The notes beneath the pieces are model-generated. The model did no database searches. It saw nothing but the letters and a program-made list of their open reading frames with translations, and had not been told where the DNA came from. Source: Raja brachyura (taxonomy: Eukaryota). Taken from it: DNA of 64,000 nucleotides. Below, piece by piece: positions 38,174 to 51,416 of the stretch. A program made the translations under genes and the position numbers. The stretch lies in the NCBI GenBank assembly GCA_963514005.1, contig OY740804.1, positions 23,436,001 to 23,500,000 of the forward strand. Reading direction: 5' to 3'. Numbering within the stretch: the first letter of the stretch is position 1; each line of letters starts with the position of its first letter.

Positions 38174-38700
38174 ATGTCCGTCGACAGTTAGACAATACCA
38201 CAGTGTTGGCATATTAAACCATATGAGTGGTATCAAGTCGATATATTGGGATGAATTGGCAAAAATAATTTGGCACTGGTGCATTGAAATATTTGGATAT
38301 CAGCTATATACCTTCCAGGTAAGCTTAATACAGTGGCGGACACCAGGTCACGAGTATTCAATGACAACACCAAGTGGATGTGGAACCCCCAAATATTTGC
38401 TAATATTATAGCTAAGTATGGAACACCAGATATCGACCTCATTGCGTCCAGGTTGAACCATCAGATACCAACATATGTCTCGTGGGAGCTAGATCGGGTA
38501 TTGTGGTAAATCCAGCTAGATTCTGCATCAGGGATTCTGATAATACCCGTCTGCCCCACACAGCCATGGTTCCCGGTGGTCCTCGACATGGTGAAGAAAC
38601 CATGGGTGCAGGTTCCTAAATGCCCGAACCTACTGATATATTCCATATCAGGGGAAAGTCATCCGTGCCGTGGTCATCTGAACCTGTTGGCTTGCAGGTT
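38174..38700 (+). pseudogene. DIRS RNase H C-half plus DNA N6-adenine-methyltransferase-like domain (frameshifted)
   Basis: HVRRQLDNTTVLAY/NHMSG...ISAIYLPGKLNTVADTRSR...KWMWNPQIF...GTPDIDLIASRLNHQIPTYVSW...ILIIPVCPTQPWFP; the usual DAF...YAFPP segment is deleted. Confidence 0.8.
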
Positions 38701-38709
38701 CTGAAGAGA

Positions 38710-39631
38710 CCTTTTCTGGGATTCGGGCTGTCGAACAGGACCATGGATATCGTCACGGCATCGTGCAGAGAGTCCACGAGGGAGCAGTATCTTACCCATG
38801 TAAGGAAATAAGGACTAATATCACCTACGACTCTGCCACCATCACAGATGTGCTGGAACTCCTCGCGGGCCTTCACTATGATGAGGGCCTCAGCTATAGT
38901 GCCATCAATAATGCCAGAAGGCATTGTCATCCTACCTCACTATCGGATCCCATCAGTTGCTGTCGAAACACATGAGGGGTATTTCAATTCTTACCCTTGT
39001 AGACCACGATACAATATGACCTGAGATATTGGGGTAGTGTTGTCCCTACTCAGGAGTTGGTCACCAGTTTCGGAACTCCCACTGGCCAAACTCACCTACA
39101 AAGTGGTGATGCTAATGGCAATTATACAGCTCAGCGGGTCCAGACCCTCCACAAACTAAACTGGACAGGATGGTCTCGACCCCTACCAAGGTAACCTTTT
39201 ATATTGATGAATTACTTAAACACCATAGACCTGGTGCAACCGGTCTTAAATTGGAATTCCATGCATATCCCATTGATGTACGCCTCTGTATAGCCACTTA
39301 TTTCCGACATTCTATTAATGTCACACAAAATATAAGGAGAATGGATGCAGGTCTGTTCATCAGTTTTTAAAGCCCACATCACAGGGTAACTATGCAGACA
39401 ATTCCAGGTGGCTCAGGGTGGTGTTGGATGCAGCAGGGGTAGACACTGATATTCAAATCTCATTCTACCAGGGCTGCATCCACATCAGTGGCGAGGACCA
39501 TGGAGGTACCCATGGACCATGTCCTCGCAACAGCGGGCTTGGCCAATGGAGACGCGTCTCAACGGTTTTATAACAAACCTGTGGCCACTCCTGTGACGTT
39601 TGCAGATACTGTTTTAAGTTCTGTTCCCTGA
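38710..39631 (+). pseudogene. DIRS tyrosine recombinase (frameshifted)
   Basis: GLSYSAINNAR; AQRVQTL; KSHSTRAASTS (His codon 39461-39463); RFYNKP (catalytic Tyr codon 39569-39571); stop TGA 39629-39631. Confidence 0.88.
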
Positions 39632-40244
39632 ACGGTTCCCGAACTCAGGGGTTTTTTGTTTGTATTATTATTGTTTTTCAGCTCTATTACAAGTCTGAAA
39701 TACGTTAACACACTTCCTCCATCAGTTATTACTCACGTGACTCCGAAGTAAAATAGTAAGATTAAACAAGAACTTACCAGTTTTGAAGTTTGATCCTTAT
39801 TTTATGAGGAGTTACGATGAGGGATTTCGTGCCCTCCGCTCCCAACCCTCTATCATAAGGTCAACTGGTATATGGTTTCTCTTAATCTTACTTATCTCCA
39901 GTCAGTTCTGCTATCTGTGATTTCACACTGCTGCTTTGAAGAATGTCGCGCATGCGTGCTGGCGAGGTCTTCACGAAATCCCTCATTGTAACTCCTCATA
40001 AAATAAGGATCAAACTTCAAACTGGTAAGTTCTCATTTAATCTTACTATTTCATGACATTGGATCAGTGAGAAAATTAATATTCTTAATTTTTCTCTATT
40101 GTATCAGGAGAAAGTTGTTTTGCCTTATATGCACGAGAAAATAAAACAAAAGCTAAAATAAGAGATGAGGTTTAAGTAAATTGACAAAAGACATCTTAAT
40201 ATGGGTTCACTGAATTTACTGCATTGTAGAAACCTGATCTAAAT

Positions 40245-40890
40245 AGACATTAGGTGCAGAAGTAGGCCATTCAGCCCTTCGAGCCAGCACCGCCATTCAA
40301 TGTGATCATGGCTGAACATCCCCAATCAGTACCCCGTTCCTGCCTTCTCCCTATATCCCCTGACTCCGCTATCTTCAAGAGCCCTATCTAGCTCTCACTT
40401 GAAAGCATCCAGAGAACCTGCCTCCACCAGAAAGACAGAAATTTCCACAGACTCACCACTCTCTGTGAGAAAAAGTGTTTCCTCGTCTCCGTTCTAAATG
40501 GCTTATTCCTTATTCTTAACCTGTGGCCCTGGTTCTAGACTCCCCCAACATCGGGACCATGTTTCCTGCCTCTAGTGTGTCCAAACCCTTAACAATCTTA
40601 TATGTTTCAATGAGATTCCCTCTCATCCTTCTAAACTCCAGAGTGTACAAGCCCAGCTGCTCCATTCTTTCAGCATATGACAGTCCCGCCATCCCGGGAA
40701 TTACCCTTGTAAACCTACGCTGGACTCCCTCAATAGCACGAATGTCCTTCCTCAAACTAGGGGACCAAAACTGCACACAATTTCGGCACGGACTTGAAGG
40801 GCCGAGATGGCCTGTTTCCGTGCTGTAATTGTTATATGGTTACTCCAGGTGTGGTATCACTAGGGTTCTATACAACTGCAGAAGGACCTA
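40245..40890 (-). mobile_element. CR1/HER1-like LINE fragment with a nested ~60-bp tail of another CR1 subfamily (~40781-40842, +)
   Basis: QFWSPSLRKDIRAIEGVQRRFTRVIPG...; the nested piece resembles the 3' end of the 21454-22446 element. Confidence 0.85.
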
Positions 40891-42696
40891 TTAAATGGTG
40901 GTTTAAAATATTTATGTAATATATAATTTGCTTCAGAAAGGGGTGATGCAAATTTGATTGTTTCAAATGCAAGTGTATTAATAGAGGGTTTATTTAAAAT
41001 ATGCAGTGAAGGATATTATGTTTTATTAAAATTGAAATCCACTAAGCCACTCAGTTTTAGATACAGCGTGAAAACAGGCCCTTCGGCCCAATGAGTCCGT
41101 GCTGACCATTCTCTGTACACTAGCACTATCCTATACACTAGGGCCAATTTACAATCTTTACCAATGCCAATTAACCTACAAACCTGTATGCCTTTGGAAT
41201 GTGCGAGGAAACCAGAGCACCAGGAGAAACCCCACGAGTTCACGGGGTCCATACAGACAGCACCCGTAGTCAGGATCGAACCCGGTTCTCTGGCCTTGTA
41301 AGGCAGCAACTCTACCATTGCATCATCGCTTATGCAAAACATTTTTGTTTTAATGTCTATGGTCTTCTTCCATTTTTAAAGCACTGAATGTAATTTTCAA
41401 ATTATCCGTGCTTTCCAAAACACCCTTCTATTCAATCAAGTTTAAAGAGTTGAAAGTCAATAAAATATTTTCAGTACGCAGATCAAAACAAACACAACTG
41501 CTGTGAAGTGTTTACTGCAGAATATCTGACTGCCTGCTGTTGATACAATGCCATATCTGTCTTTTATCAAAGAGTTTCTGATTTTGTCATAATGCAGTGT
41601 CAGATTCTCAGTGTTACTCAGCCGGGAATAGGGAAACATAAGAAATGAAGCATATTTATATTTGTGGACCACTATATCCAAGACAGGTGCAGAATAGGCT
41701 GGTGAGAATTTCCTTCTGTGTCAGAAGTATATACACACGTGCTGTATTATTTTAATATATATTATTAACTTTAGACTTTAGAGATCGACCCACTCAGTCC
41801 GCGCCGATCACCCCGTACACTAGCACTATCCGAAATTCTGGGAACAATTTACAGAAGCCAATTAACCTACAAACCCACACTTCTTTGAAGTGTGGGAGGA
41901 AACTGGAGCATCTGGAGAAAACCACGTGGTCACAGGAGAGCATACAGACAGCACCCGTAGTTAGGATCAAACCCAGGTCTCTGGCTCTGTAAGGCAGCAA
42001 CTCTACGCTGCACCACTGTGCTGTGAGTTGTTTTTAAATACTCTTATTTAGTCGGTAATATTGTGGTTGGGATGACAAAATACTTTTCTAACATGCTACA
42101 ACTAGTTTTGGCAACACAAGATGTAGCACAGTTTATAGACACAAAAAGCTGGAGTTACTCAGCGGGACAGGCAGCATCTCTGGAGAGAAGGAATGGGTGG
42201 CGTTTCGGGTCGAGACCCTTCTTCATACCCGACACGTCACACATTCCTTCTCTCCAGAGATGCTGCCTGCCTCGCTGAGTTGCTCCAGCTTTTTGTGCCT
42301 ATCTTCAGTTTAAACCAGCATCTGCAGTTCCTTCTAACACATGTAGCGCCGTTTATCTTCAACATTAGTCTCTCTCCAATAAAACCACAATTTAGGTGCC
42401 TGTTCAATGTCCCAATATGTTTTCCAGCAAAAAATGTACAAGAGTAGCATTTTCATTTCCTGCATCAGCAATCCTTACAATATCTGAAAGCCAATTTAAA
42501 TTTGACAATTATATCATGTTGGGGGGGGGGGGGGGGGGGGGGAAACAATGCTTTAAAGAGAGATTTCAATTTGTGATATGGAAAGAACACCTTCTTGCTC
42601 ATTGATCTACAACTTAAAGAGTTTGTAGACTATGCAGTTCATTACATGCACAAAAGGTAGGATAACTCTACAGAACTTTAAAATATTAATAAGTAC

Positions 42697-42805
42697 CTGT
42701 TACTATCAAAAGCCCCATTACTTCCAAGACTGGAGCCACATTCTGAATCCGAGTAGCTCTCTGCGTTTGACAATTGAGCGTGTTTTCCGAAACCATTAGA
42801 AAGCC
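42697..42805 (-). CDS. BRPF3: BRPF3 coding exon
   Basis: gcgcag|GGCTT...AACAG|gtactt; 109 bp, phase 1-2; GLSNGFGKHAQLSNAESYSDSECGSSLGSNGAFDSN(S). Not in the ORF track. Confidence 0.88.
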
Positions 42806-42902
42806 CTGCGCACAAAACAAAGTTTCAACCAAACAGTTCCCTTGTGCTCTCATCTATTTGGAAACATTTTGAAGAGTTGAGTATTGGAGCAAAGAGGTCC
42901 TT

Positions 42903-44380
42903 CTACAGGCCCCTACTGAGACCACACCTGAAGTATTGTGTGCAGTTTTGATCTATCAATGTGAGGAAGGACATTCTTGCTATTGAAGGAGTGCAGCGTA
43001 GGTTCACCAGGTTAATTCCCGGGATGGCGGGACTGTCATATGTTGATAGAATGGAGTGGCTGGGCTTGTATACTCTGGAATTTAGAAGGATGAGAGGGAA
43101 TCTTATTGAAACATATAAGATTATTAAGGGTTTGGACACGCTAGAGACAGGAAACATGTTCCCGATGTTGGGGGAGTCCTGAACCAGGGTCCACAGTTTA
43201 AGATGAGGAAAAACTTTTTCACACAGAGAGTTGTGAGTCTGTGGAATTCTCTGGATACTTTCAAAGAGAGAGCTAGGCAGAGCTCTTAAATATAGCGGAG
43301 TCAAGGGATATGGGGAGAAGGCAGGAACAGGGTACTGACTGTGGATGATCAGCCATGATCACATTGAATGGTGGTGCTGGCTCGAAGGGCCGAATGGCAT
43401 ACTCTTGCACCTATTGTCTAAATAAGAACTCTTCAGATTGACTTCCCCCAAAAGAGCAGCTTTTGACTGACCGCAGGGCAACATCGATCATGGCTATAAA
43501 GAAATCAGCCAGTCACCATCAAGAGAAGGTTTAGCTGTGGGCCTGTGCACGCTGGAATTTAGAACGATGAGGGTGTATCTCATTGACACCTACCGCATAA
43601 TGAAAGGCCTACATAGCATGGTTGTGGAGAGGGTGTTTCTAGGAGTGGGAGAGTCTAGGACCAGAAGCCATAGCCTCAGAATAAAAGGGCATACCTTTAG
43701 AAAGGAGATGAGGTGTGGTTTTTTTAGTCGTGAAAGTAATTTCTTTAGGGCGGTGAATCTGTGGACTTCATTGTTACAGAAGGCTGTGAAAGTCTAGTCA
43801 ATGAATTTTTTAACAGCAGAGATAGTCAAATTCTCGATTAGTACAGGTGTCAGGGGTTATGGGGGGAATGGGGTTACGAGGGAAAGATAGATCAGCCATG
43901 ATTGAATGGCAAAGTAGACTTGATGGGCCGAATGGCCTAATTCTGCTCCGAGAACTTATGAACAGTACAGCCAAGGAATGGGTCCTTCGGCCCACAATGT
44001 CTGTGCCAAGTACTAATCTCGTCTGCCTGTTCATGATCCATATCTCTCTATTCCCTGCATTTCCAAGTACCTATTTAAAAGCCTCTTAAACGCCAATATC
44101 GTATCGACCAGATGGTCCTTTAGAATGGGGATGAGGAGGAATTGCTTTAGCCAGAGGGTGGTGAATCTGTGGCATTCACTGCCACAGACAGCTGTGGAGG
44201 CCAAGTCAGTGGATATTTTTAACGCAAAGATTGATAGGCTCTTGAATAGTAAGGGTGTCAAAGGTTACTGGGTAAAGACGTGAGAATGGGCTTGAGAGAA
44301 AAAAATGGGTCAGCCATGAGTGAACGGCAGAGCAGACTCGATGGGTCAAATGGTTAATTCTGCTCCTACATCTTATGATC
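42903..44380 (+). mobile_element. Cluster of CR1/HER1-like LINE 3' fragments
   Basis: RKDILAIEGVQRRFTRLIPG...; repeated GGTGAATCTGTGG...GGGCCGAATGGCC 3' ends. Confidence 0.85.
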
Positions 44381-44428
44381 TGTTGACAAGGAACATTGAT
44401 CGTGTAAAAGACCATGAAGAGGGTTTAC

Positions 44429-44959
44429 CTAGCTCTGCAGGAGTGCAGGGAGATTTCTCACTCTCACTGTCCGAGCTGCAGCTCAAGCTTTGGGGTCGTT
44501 TTCGTGATTTGCGCAAACTCTGCAGTTTTGATAGTGTCCCCGGTGCAGTATTCAGCGCCAATTGTTCCGCTTGATGCTGGCTGTCTCCGTTCTCCAAGGG
44601 CTGGCCGCAGCCCTTCTGTAACTTTGCTCCATTTTTGGCCTTCCGGAAGAGGACGGACGTGCGCCTGCCCACTTCGTTGACGGACTGCGCCGAAGTGTCT
44701 GAGGTAGGAAGAGCGAGACCGTTCACCCCGCTATCGCTCAGCAGCCGCTGCAGAGTGTGAGCGCCAAGGGCTTCGTTTTGTAGTGTTTTTCTGCTCAGAA
44801 CGTCACTGTCGGATTTAATCCGTTTGTGCAGTCTGCTTTGTACCCTGCTCTCGCTCACGGGTTTGAGGGTAGGAGGGTCCGTGTGGGTGTCAGAGTCTGA
44901 GGGTAAAGGTGCCGGCCCTGTAGGCTCCAATGTTGGTGGGAGTGAAGATTTCGAATCCT
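44429..44959 (-). CDS. BRPF3: BRPF3 coding exon (low-complexity linker)
   Basis: ttacag|AGGAT...CTAG|gtaaac; 531 bp, phase 1-1; contains PPTLEPTGPAP and VGRRTSVLFRKAKNG motifs typical of BRPF proteins. Confidence 0.92.
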
Positions 44960-45297
44960 CTGTAAGGAGAAGAATAAGAGTATAAACATGCAAACTGAAA
45001 AAAACAGGGTGGCCCAGTGATGCAGCAGTGACTACGGGTGTTGTATGTACCTGGGGAAATCCCACGCAGTCACCGGGAGTTTGTACATCTCCCTGTGACC
45101 GTGTATGTTTCTCCGAGTGCTCTGGTTTCCTCCCACATTACAAAGGTGTACAGGTTTGTAGGTTAATTGGCTTTGATAAGTCGTAAAATTGTCCCTAGTG
45201 TGTACGATAGTGTTGGTGTATGGGGTGTCGCTGGTCGGCATGGATTCGGTGGGCCAAAGGGCCTGTCTCTCTAAAGTTCAAAGTCTAAAAGCACTAC

Positions 45298-45890
45298 ATA
45301 TTCCACTTGGATAGTTTACAACCCAACAGCGTGAACATTGAATTCTCCAATTTTAGTTAACTCTCTACAAACACATCCCTTCTCCCCCCCCCCCCCCTCC
45401 ACTGTTTCCCCCCTTTTCCTCAGTGTCCCATTTCTCCCCTTCAGCTTCCCCTTCACCCTGTCCCCTCCCACATATATTCCTTCCTCTGGCTTCACATTTC
45501 ACGCATCTTCTCTCCTTCTTTCTGGGGAGTGAACAGGAGAATGAGGTTGAGAGGAACAGATTAATGAACCATGTTTGAATGGTGGAGTAGACTCGAGGGT
45601 CGAATGGCCTCATTCTACTCTTATGACATGCAAATACCTTTTGTCTTTGCATATCTGACCTTTGTACAACTATTTAATTAAAAATTACCTGTATCCACCT
45701 ATCACTTGCAAGACCATGTCCCACCCCCACACTTCCATTCTAGCTGTTTCCCCCAATCTACAATCAGTCTGAAGAATAGTTACCACCTGAATCGTCGCCC
45801 ACGCATGTCTTCCAGAGATGCTGCCTGATCTGCTGAGTCAATGCAGCATTTTTGTGTCTCTTTTTGCATCTGTAGTTGTTTGTGTCAACT
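45298..45890 (+). mobile_element. Penelope-like 3' end/pLTR remnant
   Basis: IFHLDSLQPNSVNIEFSNFS* (45298-45360), then a pyrimidine-rich UTR, a decayed hammerhead (CTGAAGA at ~45769) and the shared terminal repeat; interrupted by a short CR1 tail. Confidence 0.6.
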
Positions 45891-47842
45891 TTCTCAAGTT
45901 TAGTCAATCTTTAAATATTTGCATTTGTTTATATTACCAGTGATAGTTTCCAAATATTATCAAAATAACCTTGATATCAGTACAAGAATTAAAGAAAAAA
46001 ATACAATAGTGGACCGAAATATATATATCTAGTAATACTTAAAATTCAGAAATGTTCCTTTCGGACATAGTATTTTCTATAATTTGCGCAGAAAAGACAA
46101 TTATGCATATGCCAGGCTGCTGTTTACAGGCCTTGCAAACTTCAAAATATAATCATGTCCCTCCTGCATCATAAAAATATGTTTAACTTGACACTTGAAA
46201 TGCCTAACAGCCATGGTAGTTTGCTCATTATAGAAGGTAGAAATGAAAACCTGAGGCTTCCTTTTACTTGCAGGCTAACTACAATTTAAAATCCACAAAG
46301 CTCTTGCTTCTACCAAGTTATTGTCTTCATGCTTCTTTCTTTCCTTACCTAACTATTTCCTATCCTATTCTATTGAAAGATACATCTTGACATCAAACCA
46401 AATCATGCGTTACAGTAGCAGAATTAGGCTATTCAGCCCATCAAGTCTACTCCATCATTCAATCATGGTTGATCCATTTTGCACTCTCAACTCCATTCTC
46501 CTGCCTTCTCCCCATAACCCTTGACACCCTTACTAATCAAAAACCTGTCAATCTCTACTTAAAAAATGTTTATTTCTTACCCTTCACTATTACTGACATT
46601 AAAGAGCTAGTCTTTAATATATATTTATTAAAGTATCATTTTTAAGTGCATCTATTTATAATGATTAAGAACTATTTGTTCCTCCAAAAAGCACAAATCA
46701 CATTGTCTCTATTCCAAAGCTGTTCACAGGTAAACTTTTAGCACCTATAGATTCAGAAATCTCAGTATAGTGGTTGAATACTCTACTTATTTGTTTATGA
46801 AAAATGCATGGTTTATCTTCCCCTTTGCTCTACCTATTGTACTCGAGTTTGACTTGATTGTATTTATGTATTGTATTATCTGATCTGTTTGGATAGCATG
46901 CAAAACAAAGCTTTTCACTGTACCTGGTACATGTGACAATACTAAACCTAAACCTAACCCTACCTAGTTCCACTGCAAAGAAAGAATCCAAAATGAATGG
47001 ACTACATTTTTGTTTCGAACATTACTCCAGAACTATTGTTGCTTACGCAGAAGTCAATTGCAGGCATTATCAATGGGTGGTATTCTGTAGAAACAATGGA
47101 GAAACAAAGAACTGCAGATACTGGTTTATGCCAAAGATGGACACAAAGTGCTGGAATATCTCAGCGGATCAGGCAGCATCTCTGGAGAAAAAGGTTGGAT
47201 GACGTTTTGGATCGGGACTCTTCTTTAGACCCAGTCTGACTGACCACACACGACAGCCATTTAAATTTTCTCTCCTTATATCGTGAAATGGATTTCAGGA
47301 TTTCTGTGCATGGGAGGTTGGTTACAGAAATTCCAAACAAACGAGCAGTGTTTCAGTATCTCCACCAACTCTGCAACCTTCTCCACTTCAATCAAAGGAA
47401 GTCAGTACTGACGAAAATCAAAGTTATTTGCCAACTAGATGTTCAGGAAAATCCCTGAATCCACTTTATGCTTAGGTTTACATTCATCATTGTCACATGT
47501 ACTGGGGTACAGTGAAAAATGTTGTTTTACATGCTAACCAATTTGATCAGATATACCATACATAAAAATACAATCAAGCCAAACTCAGCTACATTAGATA
47601 AAGAGCAAGGGGGTTCTATACTTACCGGTTGAAGAGAGATTTAAAAGAGTGATTGCATTGGATGATACCAGATATAAATATACCATACATAAATACAATC
47701 AAGCCAAACTCGTACAATGGATAGAACAATGGGGAAGATAGAGTGCAGAGTATAATTCTTGGCATTGGTGTGCATGTGAGCTTTTGACAAGTCTGACTCT
47801 GAAAAGAGCCAAGTTTACATATGTAAAGAGAATGCACCACAC

Positions 47843-48109
47843 CTCTTTCAGTGCATTCCTCATGGCCTTCAACCAGTGGCTTCTCATTATCCTCCTTCGA
47901 CAACTCAGAGCAGGTGCCGTTATGCAGATGTCGCTGCTGGGCCAGTTTATGCCTGATGCTGTTGATCTCTCGCCTCAGCAATCTCACTCGTTTTGACCGC
48001 GCTCCACTAGACTTCATGGTGCATGTTATGTCCAACTTATCCAGCAACCCCTTCAGCTGGTCCTCTAGTGACAAGTGGGCTCTGTTCTCTGGTATCAGCA
48101 TGTTGTCCA
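47843..48109 (-). CDS. BRPF3: BRPF3 coding exon
   Basis: tttcag|TGGAC...AGAG|gtgtgg; 267 bp, phase 1-1; VDNMLIPENRAHLSLEDQLKGLLDKLDITCTMKSSGARSKRVRLLRREIN... Confidence 0.9.
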
Positions 48110-49538
48110 CTGAAAAACATACCGCACCAAAAATGATCCCACAATTTCTGGCGATCAACAGTAGATATTGCTTTTAACTTAGGTTTGAGTTAAGAATTAA
48201 GCATATAATGAAATTAAGCATCACATTAAAGCCACTAAGCATATTTTGTGGACATTTGCCAATTGTGAAAAACCAGTGAAGATTAATCGGAAAAAAAGTC
48301 ACACTACAATGCTAAATAAACTGAAATTTCAAATCCGATGAACTGCAATTTCAAATTTGACGATTATAAATAATAACCTACTGTCGAAACGCGAGGTAAC
48401 ATAAATATTTAACAGCATTATACACAATATATATAATTGATACAAATGCACTTCAGACTCAAAATTGACATTTTCCTGAAAATTTAAAAGATGGTCTGAA
48501 TTAGTATTTTAAAATATAATATTACCAAGGTGCTGGTAAATGGGAATAATATAGATGTTCTTTATTGTTGGCATGGACATGGTGGACGGAAGGGCCTGTT
48601 TTTGTTTCTGCCAACCTCTTCCCTTCATATACCACATTTGCATGACTAAATTATATTTGCCCTATGACTGATACATAAATGAAGTGATAGCCTATCTCAT
48701 CTTGCTCCAATGCACTTAGTTTCAAAAGAAACTTCAGGTCCTGGTTTACAAAAAAAAGGCTGGAGTAACTCAGTGGGTCAGACACCATGGATATGTAATA
48801 TTTCAGGACACTTCTTCACTGAGTTTAGAGTTTAGAGATACAGCATGTAAACAGACCCTTCAGCCCACCGAGTCCACGATGATCATCAATCACCTGTTCA
48901 CACCAGTTCTATGTTATCCCACTTTCTCATCCACTTCCCACAAACATGGGGCAATTTTAAGAGTCAAATTAACCTACAAAGATGTAAGGCTTTAGGATGG
49001 TGGGGGGAGGGGGGGGGGGGGGGGACTAAATCACCTAATGGAAGCCCACAAGGTCACAGGGAGAGCATGCAAACTCCACACAGACAGCACCTAAGGTCAG
49101 GATCAAACCTGGGTCTCTGGCGATGTGAGGCAGCAGCTCTACCAGCTGTGCCACAGTGCTGCTTAAAAAAAAATTAGAAATAGCATACCTTTAATGCATT
49201 TATCTCAATAGAGAACTATTTTACATGCAACCCAAAATATTAAATGTTTCTGTCATTGTTATTTCAACTACTGTACCCCAAAATTCTCATATCTTAACTT
49301 GGCATTTCCATTTATTTGTTCATGGAAATTTCTAAAAAAAATTTTTTTGTGATTCTCATCTGAGGCTTATCAGCATCCTGCCATACTGTTTAAGGAACCA
49401 TTCAGCTCTGGATTGTTGCTATTCATGCATTCAAGCCATTCTTCTTTGACTTGATAGCACATATACAAAAGCTTGCTGCTGTACCTCAGGACATGTGACA
49501 ATAATAAATAAACTAAACTCAATATAATCTAGGACTTA

Positions 49539-50954
49539 CAGTGCATTGAGAAAGTATTCACACCCCTTCACTTTTTCCACATGTTGTTACATTACAGCCT
49601 TATTTTAAAACGGATTAAATTATATCATCACATTTTTTTCTATCATCAATCTACACACAATACCCCAGAATGAAGAAGTGAAAACAGGTGTTGAGAAATT
49701 AAAATAATTACAAATAAATAACTGAATACATAAGCATTCAGACCCTTTGCTCTGACACTCAGAATTGAGCTTAGGTTCATCCTGTTTCCATTGATTATCC
49801 TTGAGATGTTTCCACAACTTGATTGTTGGAGTCCAACAGTGGTAAATTAAATTGATTGGCCATGATTTGGAAAGGCACACATCTGTCTATATAATGTCCC
49901 ACAGTTGACAGAACATGTCAGAGCAAAAACCAAGCCATGATGACGAAGGAATTGTTCATAGACCTCCAAGACAGGATTGTGTTGACACAGATCTGGGGAA
50001 GGGTATGAAACAATTTCTGCAGCATTGCAGGTCCAGAAGAGCACAGTGGCCTCCGTTATTGTTAAATGGAGGAATTTTGGAACCACCAGGACTCTTCATG
50101 GAGCTGCCCGCCCGATCAAACTGAGCAATCGGGGAAGAAGGGCCTTGGTAGAGAGGTGACCAAGAACCGGATGGTCACTCTGACAGAGCTCCAGAGTTCC
50201 TCTGTGGAGATGGGAGAACCTTTCAGAAGGACAACTATATCTGCTGCATTCCACCAATCAGTCCTTTATGCCAGACGGAAGCCACTCCTCAGTAAAAGGC
50301 ACATGACAGCCCACTTGGAGTTTGCCAAAAGGCACTTCAAGGACTCCCAGACCGAGAAACAAGATTCTCTGATCTGATGAAACCAAGATTGAACTCTTAG
50401 GCTTGAATGCCAAACATCATGTCTGGAGGAAACCAGGCACCGCTCATCACCTGGCCAATACCATACCTATGGTTAAACATGATGGTGGCAGCATCATGCT
50501 ACGGGGATGTTTTTCAGCAGTAGGAACTGCCGAAATCAAGGGAAAGATGAATGGAGCAAAGTACAAAGAGATTCTTGATGAAAACCTGCCCCAGAGCATT
50601 CTGGACCTCAGACTGGAGCGGAGGTTCACCTTCCAACAGGACAACGACCCTAAGCACACAGCCAAGACAATGCAGGAGTGGCTTCCAAGAAGACTTGAGG
50701 CTGTAATCGTTGTGCAAGGTGCCTCAACAAAGTGCTGGGTAATGGTTCTGAATACTTATGTAAATGGGGTATTTCAGTTTTTTTTTTAAATTACTTTGCA
50801 AAAATTTCTAAACACCCGTTTTCATTTTTTTATTATGGGGTATTGTGTGTAGATTGATGATAAAAATAATTAATTTAATCTATTTTAGAATAAGGCTGTA
50901 ACGTAACAATATGTGGAAAAAGTGAAGGGGTCTGAATAGTTTCTGAATGCACTG
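49539..50954 (+). mobile_element. Tc1-family IR/DR DNA transposon with defective transposase
   Basis: TA|CAGTGCATT(G/C)AGAAA...~200-bp TIRs...ATGCACTG|TA; transposase from ATG 49937 with ARRKPLL, SDETK, KHDGGSIM and FQQDNDPKHT; the WPSQSPDLNPIE segment is deleted; frameshifts. Confidence 0.95.
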
Positions 50955-51103
50955 TATTGCTATAAGCAAATGCATAATCAGTATGGCACAGTGGGACAAT
51001 TTTCTATTTTTTAAATTCATTAAAATAATCTTGGTATTCGGTTTGAAATATATCGTGCAATATAAAAGGTTTCCACACCAATTCATGCTGTCATGAGACC
51101 TAC

Positions 51104-51416
51104 CTTCTTCCCAAGAAAAACGGTAGAAGTTTGCCAGACTTGGTGATTCGGGTAGATGCATTCCAGTGTCATGGTCATACCCAATGTTATCAGCTTGGCG
51201 ACGTGCACATCTTAATATGGAGCCTCCAATGTCTCTCAATCTCACTGCTGCCCGGTAGAATATGGTTTCCTTGGCATTATACTTCATACAATTGTTTATA
51301 ACCAGATTGAAATCCTTTTCAAATTCATCAAGGGTTTTGTAACTGTGAGTTTCAAGTTTTCTCCTCATGGTGGAAAAGTCCATAGGATGTGCAATAAACT
51401 CTAAATAATCTGGAAC
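51104..51416 (-). CDS. BRPF3: BRPF3 coding exon (bromodomain core)
   Basis: cataag|GTT...GAAG|gtaggt; 313 bp; [22 protein letters not shown]...[21 protein letters not shown]..., with the conserved acetyl-lysine-binding Asn (KYN). Confidence 0.96.

Larger units (their letters stand above)
36127..40051 (+). mobile_element. DIRS1-type tyrosine-recombinase retrotransposon (internally deleted, degenerate) in a BRPF3 intron
   Basis: Starts and ends in TTT; ITR 36153-36183 / 39947-39977 (2 mismatches in 31); ICR 39731-39831 complementary to the left end 36127-36149 and the right end 39972-40051; gag-like, RNase H, methyltransferase-like and YR remnants in canonical order. Confidence 0.92.

Noticed and set aside
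38174-39631. Tyrosine recombinase plus adenine methyltransferase as a phage or bacterial insertion
   Set aside because: The domain order and ITR/ICR termini are those of ordinary DIRS1 retrotransposons.
39626-39660. Hairpin plus T-run after the YR stop (CCCTGA...TCAGGG-GTTTTTT) resembling a bacterial intrinsic terminator
   Set aside because: It is inside a eukaryotic retroelement and nothing suggests bacterial origin; the function, if any, is unknown.
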